Below are positions 40,613 through 47,873 of a stretch of 51,962 nucleotides of DNA, one piece after another (position 1 is the first letter of the stretch; each line of letters opens with the position of its first letter). This DNA is from an uncultured Alphaproteobacteria bacterium. GTDB lineage: Bacteria > Pseudomonadota > Alphaproteobacteria > RF32 > CAG-239. The position numbers and the translations under genes were made by a program. The notes beneath the pieces are model-generated. The model saw nothing but the letters and a program-made list of their open reading frames with translations. It ran no database searches and had not been told where the DNA came from. The stretch spans positions 1-51,962 of the forward strand of contig CAMVHF010000002.1 in assembly GCA_947167235.1 (NCBI GenBank), read 5' to 3'.

Positions 40613-42232
40613 TTAAGTCAGCAAATCAGCCTTAGCTTTACCGGTACGTTCTGTCACTTCGGCAATGGTACGCGAAACATCAGCCAATTCTTCAAGCATT
40701 CTTTCAACGTCTTCATCGAGCAATTTTGTTTCATAACGTTCCAAATATATACGCAACGTTGCGCCGTTGGTACCCGTACCAGATAAACGATAGACGATAC
40801 GCGAATTATCGGTAAAGTAAACAATCAGACCGTTTTTGGTCGAGCTACCGTCAACCGGATCGTTATAGATAAAAGGCTTAGCCTCTTTAACCGTAAAACT
40901 GCCGAATTGCTTACCGGATAAACTCGGCATACGCGCTTCCAAATCAGCCATCAGCTTATTAGCAACTTCGGTATCTATGCCGTCATAGTCATTACGCATA
41001 TAATAGCTGCGGCCGTATTTTTGCCAGTGTTCGCGCGTAATCTGCTCAACCGATTTACCGGTTGCGGCAATAATATTCAGCCAGAACAAAATCGCCCAAA
41101 TACCGTCTTTTTCACGAATATGGCTTGAACCGGTACCAAAACTTTCTTCACCGCAGAAAGTAATGCGATTACTGTCCATTAAGTTACAGAAATATTTCCA
41201 GCCGGTCGGAACTTCGTAATAGCCGATACCCAAAGCTTTAGCCACGCGTTCGACAGAAGTTGACGTTGCCGCCGATTTAGCCACACCGTAAATACCGTTT
41301 TTGTAAGCCGGAATATATTTGTAATTGTCCGTTAATATGGCTAAGCTGTCACTCGGCGTAACAAAAAACTTTTTACCCAAAATCATATTACGGTCGCCGT
41401 CACCGTCATTCGCCGCGCCCATATCCGGCGCATTGTCAGAGTACATTCTTTCAACAAGGCTTTTAGCGTAAATCAAATTCGGATCCGGATGCAAGCCGCC
41501 GAAGTCCTCCATCGGTACATCATTAACAACCGAGTCCGGTGAAGCGCCGAGCATATCCACAAAAATTTTGCGGGCATACGGACCGGTTACCGCATTCATG
41601 GCATCAAATACAAAAGTAAAGCCGCCGGCAAACAATTTGCGAATCGCATCAAAATCGAAAATGGCATCCATCATTCCGGCATAGATTTCAACCGGATCAA
41701 TAATTTCGATTTCCATATCGCCCAATTTTTGCGTACCGATTTTGCTTAAATCAACATCTTCGGCATCCAAAATTTTATATTCGGTAATTTTTTTGGTATT
41801 TTCGTAAATTTTATCACTGATGGCCGTCGGGCATTGACCGCCGGAAGCCACCGCATATTTAATACCGAAATCCCCGTTAATACCGCCCGGATTATGCGAA
41901 GCCGTTAAAACAAAACCGCCATTGGCTTTATTGCTCAGCAAAACGTGAGATGAAGTCGGTGTCGAAATAAATCCGTTTTGCCCGACAATCATTTTTTTCA
42001 TACCGTTAGCGGCAGACATTTTCATAATTTTCTGAATGGCGACCTTATTGAAATAGCGTCCGTCGCCGCCTAAAATAAAGGTTTGTCCCTTTACGCCGCC
42101 AATAGCATCAAAAACGCTTTGCACAAAGTTTTCCAAATAGTTTTTCTGTGTGGCGATTTTCGATTTTTTACGCAAACCGGCCGTTCCCATTTTTTGATCG
42201 GTGTATGGAGTGGTTTTAACTGTTTTAAGCAT
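40613..42232 (-). CDS. pgm: phosphoglucomutase (alpha-D-glucose phosphate-specific)
   Basis: 539 aa with phosphoserine loop TASHNPGG, metal loop GDGDRN and sugar loop GEESFG. Confidence 0.92.
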   Translation of the reverse strand: MLKTVKTTPYTDQKMGTAGLRKKSKIATQKNYLENFVQSVFDAIGGVKGQTFILGGDGRYFNKVAIQKIMKMSAANGMKKMIVGQNGFISTPTSSHVLLSNKANGGFVLTASHNPGGINGDFGIKYAVASGGQCPTAISDKIYENTKKITEYKILDAEDVDLSKIGTQKLGDMEIEIIDPVEIYAGMMDAIFDFDAIRKLFAGGFTFVFDAMNAVTGPYARKIFVDMLGASPDSVVNDVPMEDFGGLHPDPNLIYAKSLVERMYSDNAPDMGAANDGDGDRNMILGKKFFVTPSDSLAILTDNYKYIPAYKNGIYGVAKSAATSTSVERVAKALGIGYYEVPTGWKYFCNLMDSNRITFCGEESFGTGSSHIREKDGIWAILFWLNIIAATGKSVEQITREHWQKYGRSYYMRNDYDGIDTEVANKLMADLEARMPSLSGKQFGSFTVKEAKPFIYNDPVDGSSTKNGLIVYFTDNSRIVYRLSGTGTNGATLRIYLERYETKLLDEDVERMLEELADVSRTIAEVTERTGKAKADLLT

Positions 42233-42323
42233 AATCCTATCCTTTCACATAAATAATTTTATGTATATATATGTATCATTAAATCATTTACGAGGTAAAG
42301 TGTTTTTATATGCTTATCACATT

Positions 42324-43007
42324 TTATTTCTGTTGCCAGAGAGAATCTGTCAATTTCAAGATTTCCCGACGCGCATAAACATCTTCGAGCGACATTTTAA
42401 ATACTTTTGAATTGCCGGTCATGTCGGCAGCGCAATAGCCCTCTTCTATATGCTGATAAGCCTCACGTTTTTTGAGCGGCGGCGCAATACGAAAACCATA
42501 GCGATGTGCGGCATCTGCCAATAAAGGCGTCCAATCGTTTTTATCTTTAAGATTAGCCACCGCAATCCAATTTAAATACTTGATACCGCGCGCGGCAATA
42601 TTCTTTTTTGCCTGCCAGACCAAATTTAAATACGAATCGTTTAACTGCCATTGCATATCTTCCGGTTTATCGGCTATGGTAATTAACGTATGGGCTTTAC
42701 TGAATATATTGATATAACGTTCATTATCGGCAGTCGGTATATCGGCAATAATCACTTCTTTAGAATCGGACGTTGACTTAACATCGTTCAATTTTGTTAT
42801 ACTGCGCGGTGCCGGCAAAGAAATTTTTTTACGCATACAAAATGCCAGCCTGCGGCTGATAAAGTCATCAGCATCGGTGTTTTCGGGCATGTATAAATTA
42901 ACATGATAACCGTCAGACCACAACGCCGCCGCCAAATTAAAAGCCAGCGTTGTTTTGCCGGATTGCGGCTGCGGGCTGCTTATGACGATTACGGGAATTT
43001 CACTCAT
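42324..43007 (-). CDS. ParA/MinD-superfamily protein, MipZ-like, with a degenerate deviant Walker A
   Basis: The P-loop is VISSPQPQSGKTT. The blocks RRLAFCMRKKISLPAP and RYGFRIAPPLKKREAY resemble, from memory, Caulobacter MipZ RRAWLDNKKIELPEP and RVGFRIGPGLRDRVIY. Confidence 0.5.
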   Translation of the reverse strand: MSEIPVIVISSPQPQSGKTTLAFNLAAALWSDGYHVNLYMPENTDADDFISRRLAFCMRKKISLPAPRSITKLNDVKSTSDSKEVIIADIPTADNERYINIFSKAHTLITIADKPEDMQWQLNDSYLNLVWQAKKNIAARGIKYLNWIAVANLKDKNDWTPLLADAAHRYGFRIAPPLKKREAYQHIEEGYCAADMTGNSKVFKMSLEDVYARREILKLTDSLWQQK

Positions 43008-43008
43008 A

Positions 43009-44274
43009 TTATTTCTGCGCTAATTTTACCGGAGTTGTATCGGCCACAACCAAACAAGATTGTTTTTGGCGTTTCATTGTCTGACAAATCCGTTTGGCAT
43101 CATTTTTAGCCAAACCGACAACCTTTGAACGGAACATCGGCCCTTTTTGGGCATTGAAACGTTCGACTTTAATATTGTAAACCGCAAACTTTTTAGCCAA
43201 GCTGTTTTTAACATTTATGGCATAATTTTTGGCACGTTTATAGTCCGAAAAAGAACCGACCTGAATGGCATAATTACCGTTAGAAGTTGCGACAACCTGA
43301 GGTTTTGCGGTTTGTGTTTTTTGTGCCATAACCGTACCGATAACAGGTTTGTGCGGCGAAGGCATCATAACTTTTGCCAACTGCTGACTGCCAGCCTTGC
43401 TTTTTGTGTTTTGAGCCATAGCCGTAGCCTTACCGCCGTTAATTTCTTGTTTAAGCAAAGCAATATTGACTTTCCGGTTCTTTTTTAATTCATTTAAGCC
43501 TTTATCCATCATCAATGAAACTCTCTTATCGCGCTCGTTGACATATTTATGTCCCATTGTTACGGCGATAACGCGCTTATTATTGCGTTTGGCCGAAGTC
43601 ACGATATTAAAGCCGGCTGCAGCCGTATAACCGGTTTTCATACCGTCGGCACCGGCAAAAGTTTTCAAAACGTGATTATGACCTTGAATGGTTTGCCCTT
43701 TGTACTTAAAGCTGTTATATGAGAACCAACCGTAATATTGCGGGAAATGATGATATACGGCCATAGCCAGAGTCGCCATATCACGAGCGGTTGTTTTTTG
43801 CTTGGAGTGCGGTAAACCGGAAGCATTTTTGAAAGTGGTATTTTTCATACCGAGTTTTTGCGCGGTTTGGGTCATCAACACGGCAAAATCGGCTTCTGAT
43901 TTGGAAAAATGTTCGGCCAAAACAGTTGCGCAATCGTTGGCTGACTTAACAATAACGGCCATAATGGCATCTTTAACCGTGATGGTTTCGCCGGCGCGCA
44001 CACCGAGCTTAGACGGCGAACGACTCGCAGCGACTCGAGAAACTTTTAATTTATCGGTCAGCTTTAAATGCTTATTTTCTAAGGCGTTAAAGGTAATATA
44101 CAGCGTCATCAATTTCGTTAATGATGCCGGATAGCGACGTTCATCGGCATTTTGTTCATACATTACACTGCCATCCTCAGCATTAACCATAATTGCCGAA
44201 GTCGAGGCCTGCGCCCACTTTGCGCCGAACACGGCCGCACCAAAAAATAACAAAGCCAGTATTTTTCTTAACAT
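43009..44274 (-). CDS. D-alanyl-D-alanine carboxypeptidase (S11, PBP5/6-like) with a C-terminal SPOR domain
   Basis: It has a signal peptide, SxxK (PASLTKLMT), SxN (KSANDCA) and KTG (MKTGYT). The C-terminal YAIQVGSFSDYKRAKNYA is SPOR-like. Confidence 0.88.
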   Translation of the reverse strand: MLRKILALLFFGAAVFGAKWAQASTSAIMVNAEDGSVMYEQNADERRYPASLTKLMTLYITFNALENKHLKLTDKLKVSRVAASRSPSKLGVRAGETITVKDAIMAVIVKSANDCATVLAEHFSKSEADFAVLMTQTAQKLGMKNTTFKNASGLPHSKQKTTARDMATLAMAVYHHFPQYYGWFSYNSFKYKGQTIQGHNHVLKTFAGADGMKTGYTAAAGFNIVTSAKRNNKRVIAVTMGHKYVNERDKRVSLMMDKGLNELKKNRKVNIALLKQEINGGKATAMAQNTKSKAGSQQLAKVMMPSPHKPVIGTVMAQKTQTAKPQVVATSNGNYAIQVGSFSDYKRAKNYAINVKNSLAKKFAVYNIKVERFNAQKGPMFRSKVVGLAKNDAKRICQTMKRQKQSCLVVADTTPVKLAQK

Positions 44275-44390
44275 TTTTCCCTCTTAAATTTCCAGTATTC
44301 TTATTCTAGATAATAAAAGGTAACAAAAAGTTAATATTGAGATTCTTTTTGCCGAAAAATACTAAAGTTTTAATCCGTTAAAAATAGTTA

Positions 44391-44419
44391 TTGACTTTAT
44401 ATTTTTTTCACGTTATTAA
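44391..44419 (+). promoter_or_regulatory. sigma70-type promoter candidate for tRNA-His (TTGACT-N17-TATTAA)
   Basis: TTGACT lies at 44391..44396 and TATTAA at 44414..44419, about 12 nt upstream of the tRNA 5' end. Confidence 0.5.
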
Positions 44420-44431
44420 ATTATCTGCCAT

Positions 44432-44509
44432 GGCGGATGTAGCTCAGTTGGTTAGAGCGCTGGTTTGTGGTACCAGATGTCGAGAGTTCAAGTCCCTTCA
44501 TCCGCCCCA
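44432..44509 (+). tRNA. tRNA-His (anticodon GTG) with encoded G-1, C73 and CCA
   Basis: The sequence is GGCGGATGTAGCTCAGTTGGTTAGAGCGCTGGTTTGTGGTACCAGATGTCGAGAGTTCAAGTCCCTTCATCCGCCCCA. It folds as a cloverleaf with one A-C mismatch in the T-stem, and the extra 5' G pairs with C73. Confidence 0.9.
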
Positions 44510-44514
44510 GATAC

Positions 44515-44543
44515 AAAAAGGCTCCCGGAAGGGAGCTTTTTTT
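44515..44543 (+). terminator. rho-independent terminator after tRNA-His
   Basis: Stem GCTCCC/GGGAGC with a GGAA loop is extended by A/T pairs and followed by a T7 run. Confidence 0.75.
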
Positions 44544-44550
44544 ATTGGTC

Positions 44551-44675
44551 GGCGGATACAGATGAGAACTGACGGAAAGTCAGTTCGACTACAAGCGAAA
44601 GGCAGACTTTGAGGATGCCGGTCGCCGTTAGGCGATGAGCGCAGTGGAGCGAAGCCAATCTGATCATCCGCCCCA
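44551..44675 (+). other. 125-nt structured element bracketed by copies of the tRNA-His acceptor strands (tRNA-derived RNA or att-type duplication scar)
   Basis: GGCGGAT at 44551..44557 equals tRNA positions -1..6, and TCATCCGCCCCA at 44664..44675 equals the last 12 nt of the tRNA. Internal hairpins lie at 44566..44586 (8 bp) and 44622..44635 (5 bp). Confidence 0.3.
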
Positions 44676-44682
44676 TTTTAGA

Positions 44683-44712
44683 AAAGATGCCTGAAATACG
44701 GCATCTTTTTTT
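44683..44712 (+). terminator. rho-independent terminator after the tRNA-like element
   Basis: A perfect 9-bp stem AAAGATGCC/GGCATCTTT with an 8-nt loop is followed by a T-run. Confidence 0.7.
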
Positions 44713-45011
44713 GTTACTTGTTGAAATAACGCGCTTTTATTCTGAACACAAAAACAGAACAATCTTTTTTCTATGGATATATTAACCTTTAGAAAAAGTT
44801 TTCTATCTTGCAAAAATTCTTTTTATCCCCGTCTTATCCCCAAAGTCTTTCGGATATACCTATTCACAATGTTTTTTGGGGGCTAAATTAAACCTCATTA
44901 GCCTCAAAAGCCTCATTAGGTTTAGCTTTTTTCGCCCCACACAATTAGTATGGCGGTTATTTTTTATACTTACCACACTTATTTTCTTTATTTCCCTTAA
45001 GTTGGGGATAG

Positions 45012-45362
45012 TTATGCTTTTATCAGCTCTAAAAGTGCTTCAATTTGCTTTTGAATAGTTTTGAGCGTGCGGGTGTCTTGGTTTTTAATCAGTTTAACAA
45101 TGGCTTGCACGTTCTCCGGCAGTTCTTCAATTTGTGATTGTTCGTCGTCATTAAACAAAGAATCAACAGAAACATTTAAAGCCTCTGCCAAAGATAACAA
45201 AGTTGTTACTTTCGGGTCGCTTAAACCTCGTTCAATGTTAGAAATTGTGTTAATCATCTTGCCGGAAACGTCCGCAAATTCTTCTTGATTCATTCCCTGC
45301 TTTTTGCGGAGTGTGGCAATTCTTTTGCCTAAAGTTTTTAAGATTATAGTTGATTCGGTCAT
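45012..45362 (-). CDS. XRE-family helix-turn-helix transcriptional regulator
   Basis: 116 aa with the HTH_3 region LGKRIATLRKKQGMNQEEFADVSGKMINTISNIERGLSDPKVTTLLSLAEALNVS. Confidence 0.88.
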   Translation of the reverse strand: MTESTIILKTLGKRIATLRKKQGMNQEEFADVSGKMINTISNIERGLSDPKVTTLLSLAEALNVSVDSLFNDDEQSQIEELPENVQAIVKLIKNQDTRTLKTIQKQIEALLELIKA

Positions 45363-45391
45363 ATTCAGCCTTTCAGATCACCGGTTATTTT

Positions 45392-45483
45392 CACATTTTA
45401 ATGTGTTAAATACCATAGCGGTCGGCTGTGTGTTTTATTGCCATTTTGATTGACAGCGAATCTAGAACACATTACACTGTGTT
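45392..45483. promoter_or_regulatory. divergent control region: palindrome CACATT-TT-AATGTG, sigma70 promoter TTGACA-N17-TACACT, and palindrome AACACA-N6-TGTGTT over the -10
   Basis: IR1 lies at 45392..45405. The -35 is at 45450..45455 and the -10 at 45473..45478. IR2 at 45466..45483 encloses the -10. ACACATT occurs in both sites. Confidence 0.5.
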
Positions 45484-45521
45484 TAAGTTTTCTTTTTTTT
45501 TCATAGTGGAGTATATAATAC

Positions 45522-46370
45522 ATGAAGAAACATTTTTTAGTTATATTTACAGCTATATTGTTGTTAGTCGGATGCGCTAATGAAAGACTCTCTGCTATTA
45601 ATGAACAGTATAGAGAGACCCGAGCTGAAATACCAAATAATTGTTTTTTTCTTTCTGACTATTTCAAATATGATAATAATGAAGGCATACAATATGTATC
45701 ATCAATTCAGCAAGGCAAAGAGTGGTATGATACCAAGAAAATATATCAGACCTTAACAGCAGATGCAGATGATAACATCTTTCATAAATTATTGGAAGCA
45801 TGTGAAATCTGTGCAGAAGAGCGTCCGGAAGATGCAGTGAAATATATGAAATATAAAGAAAGCATCTTAAAGGTACAAAGGGATAAAGACAAAAAAATCA
45901 AAGCCGCTAAAATAGCTGAAGAGGAAGAATTAAAGAAGAAAAGGGAAGAAGAAGCAAAAAAATTAGCACTGTCAAAAAAATATAATGCAGAGTGGTGCGA
46001 TGGCGGAATTTTAAGCAAAAAGAATAGATGCTTATTAGAAGGTGAATTTCAAATTTTTGAGCAACAGGAGGCTGGTACTTTGGTAAAGCCAAGAATAAAT
46101 ATGAGCCTTAAAGAAATACAAATGCTGGCGGCTTTTTCGCAACTTTCCACGCTGATGTCAATGACAACTGGTGAACCGGATGAGCTTAACAGAGATCTTA
46201 ATGATATGGCTGATGAAATGCAACAATTAGTTTTTATAGAATCTAACGCAAAAGATTCCAACCAAATTGATGGTGCTATTGTAAAAGGTCTTTTCTTGCG
46301 TGACGGGGTGTATAAATACGATTCTTTGAGCGGAACAAGAACTGTGAAGAAAATAAAAAGATTACAGTAA
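45522..46370 (+). CDS. lipoprotein of unknown function with a central Lys/Glu coiled-coil
   Basis: Lipobox signal MKKHFLVIFTAILLLVGC. The central stretch is KIKAAKIAEEEELKKKREEEAKKLALSKK. Confidence 0.7.
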   Translation: MKKHFLVIFTAILLLVGCANERLSAINEQYRETRAEIPNNCFFLSDYFKYDNNEGIQYVSSIQQGKEWYDTKKIYQTLTADADDNIFHKLLEACEICAEERPEDAVKYMKYKESILKVQRDKDKKIKAAKIAEEEELKKKREEEAKKLALSKKYNAEWCDGGILSKKNRCLLEGEFQIFEQQEAGTLVKPRINMSLKEIQMLAAFSQLSTLMSMTTGEPDELNRDLNDMADEMQQLVFIESNAKDSNQIDGAIVKGLFLRDGVYKYDSLSGTRTVKKIKRLQ

Positions 46371-46394
46371 ATATTCATGGTGGAGTGCATAAAA

Positions 46395-47333
46395 ATGAAT
46401 CAACCTAATATTTTTGATTATGCAACAAGTGAGCTGTCACAAGATGCTTTTCTTTGCTATATGTTAGCATTCGGAAAGGAAAAATATAAAAGTGACTTTC
46501 CTAAAGAATACGCTATGGCACATAAATTTCTCGCCAAATGCGGCATTTCTGAAAAAGAAGAAATATTATCTGTCGAGCGTCAGGTTGAACATATCGATGT
46601 TTTGATTGTTACAACCTCACATATTTTGATTATTGAGGATAAAACTCACACCAATGAACATGACGACCAGATAATTCGCTATGTTAAAAATATCCGGTCT
46701 AATGATAAAAAATTCTCTTCTGATAAAAAAATAAAGGTTTGTTATTTCAAAACCGGCGATTATGTTCAAGGATACGTTCCCTCTGCAGAACAAAACGCAT
46801 TATCGCAGAAAGATTGCGTTTCCCTCAAACGTGATGATATGCTTGAACTTTTGGAAAATAATCGTGCAGATAATTTAATTTTTGAGAGTTTCTATCAACG
46901 ACTAAATTCAGTGAGAGAACGTATACAAGCCTGTGATGATACGGATATTATGACTTGGAACACTGAAAAATGGTTTGATTATCTTTATAATGCATTGCAA
47001 GGTCATAAATTTAATATTGAATGGGTGCATAATGCGCGCGGTGGTTTTTATGGCTGTTGGTTTGATTGGCACGATGTAACCGGTGGTGAAGATTATAAGC
47101 AAATAGAAGTTTCTTTTGCTGAAGGTAAAACATTGCAAGTAAAATTATGTTACAAATTCTCCGGTAAAAATAAAGAAATGACGCTTAATAGTAAATCTTT
47201 ATTAAAAGATTTACAGAGCAGGGTTGCAAAAGGATTTAAATCAGCCAATCGTATAGGAAAAACAACAACGTATGCCTATAAAATTGCTAAAAATAAAAGC
47301 GATGTAGAAAAGTTTATCCGGAATGTGTCATAG
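46395..47333 (+). CDS. PD-(D/E)XK nuclease family protein
   Basis: It has the core motif EHIDVLIVTTSHILIIEDKTHTNEHDDQIIRY (D...ExK pattern). GGTGGAG lies 9 nt upstream of the ATG at 46395, while the track ORF starts at 46377. Confidence 0.65.
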   Translation: MNQPNIFDYATSELSQDAFLCYMLAFGKEKYKSDFPKEYAMAHKFLAKCGISEKEEILSVERQVEHIDVLIVTTSHILIIEDKTHTNEHDDQIIRYVKNIRSNDKKFSSDKKIKVCYFKTGDYVQGYVPSAEQNALSQKDCVSLKRDDMLELLENNRADNLIFESFYQRLNSVRERIQACDDTDIMTWNTEKWFDYLYNALQGHKFNIEWVHNARGGFYGCWFDWHDVTGGEDYKQIEVSFAEGKTLQVKLCYKFSGKNKEMTLNSKSLLKDLQSRVAKGFKSANRIGKTTTYAYKIAKNKSDVEKFIRNVS

Positions 47334-47391
47334 TTTGGCGTATTGCTGTGTTTAAATATTTTTGTAAAGTTTTTTAGAAAGGAAAAATAAA

Positions 47392-47640
47392 ATGATTGAA
47401 AGTTTATATGATAGTAGCACCGGAACTATTACGGAATTTCCGCATATTTTGCATGGTACATTGAGTGCTACTCTTAGTAATGGGGGAACAACACTCAATT
47501 ATGGCACAAGTGGTGACGAAATTTTGAAATTTGACAGTCAGTATGTTTATATTCGTGATAGATATAATTCTAGCGATGTTGCGGTCTATAATGAAAACGG
47601 CTATGTAAAAACTGTTTCAATAAGTGATGTAGATTTGTAA
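47392..47640 (+). CDS. hypothetical small protein (82 aa, Ser/Thr/Gly/Tyr-rich, probably beta-rich)
   Basis: The ORF has AAAGGAAAAA upstream. Its stop TAA shares one nt with the next gene's ATG (TAATG at 47638..47642). Confidence 0.55.
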   Translation: MIESLYDSSTGTITEFPHILHGTLSATLSNGGTTLNYGTSGDEILKFDSQYVYIRDRYNSSDVAVYNENGYVKTVSISDVDL

Positions 47641-47873
47641 TGGCTGATAATACAGTATCTAAGGCTAAAAAAGAATCTGCCGCTTTAATGGCTGAATCTT
47701 TTTATACTGATTTTATGCCTATGGTGCAACAAATTAAAAAAGATGTAGCGACCTTAAATATAGCTGAATCGGATAAAAATACCGTAAATCGTATCAATGA
47801 CCAACTGACAAAAGCGGAAAGCTTACTAATGCAACTCAAAACTATTTCAAAGCATATAGTGAAAAATGATTAG
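47640..47873 (+). CDS. hypothetical small helical protein (77 aa)
   Basis: It is translationally coupled on both sides. There is a 1-nt overlap upstream and an 8-nt overlap with the exonuclease gene downstream. Confidence 0.55.
   Translation: MADNTVSKAKKESAALMAESFYTDFMPMVQQIKKDVATLNIAESDKNTVNRINDQLTKAESLLMQLKTISKHIVKND

Noticed and set aside
44391-44612. A 73-aa plus-strand ORF spans the tRNA-His gene, its terminator and part of the tRNA-like element.
   Set aside because: It reads straight through a well-formed tRNA and a terminator hairpin, so it is a translation artefact.
44551-44675. I considered whether the tRNA-like element could be tmRNA (including the two-piece alphaproteobacterial form), 4.5S/SRP RNA, 6S RNA or a retron ncRNA.
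   Set aside because: It has no G3-U70 alanine identity pair, no T-loop (GGTTCGA-type) next to the 3' acceptor strand, and no plausible tag ORF ending in a hydrophobic Ala-rich C-terminus. Its GGAAA-capped helix is perfectly paired, unlike the SRP domain IV internal loops. No reverse transcriptase gene is nearby. This rests on inspection only, and a covariance-model search would be decisive.
44876-45058. A 60-aa plus-strand ORF lies in the spacer upstream of the island genes.
   Set aside because: Its sequence is dominated by the 9-nt tandem repeat (LISLKSLIR) and hydrophobic low complexity. It has no SD and overlaps the 3' end of the XRE gene on the opposite strand.
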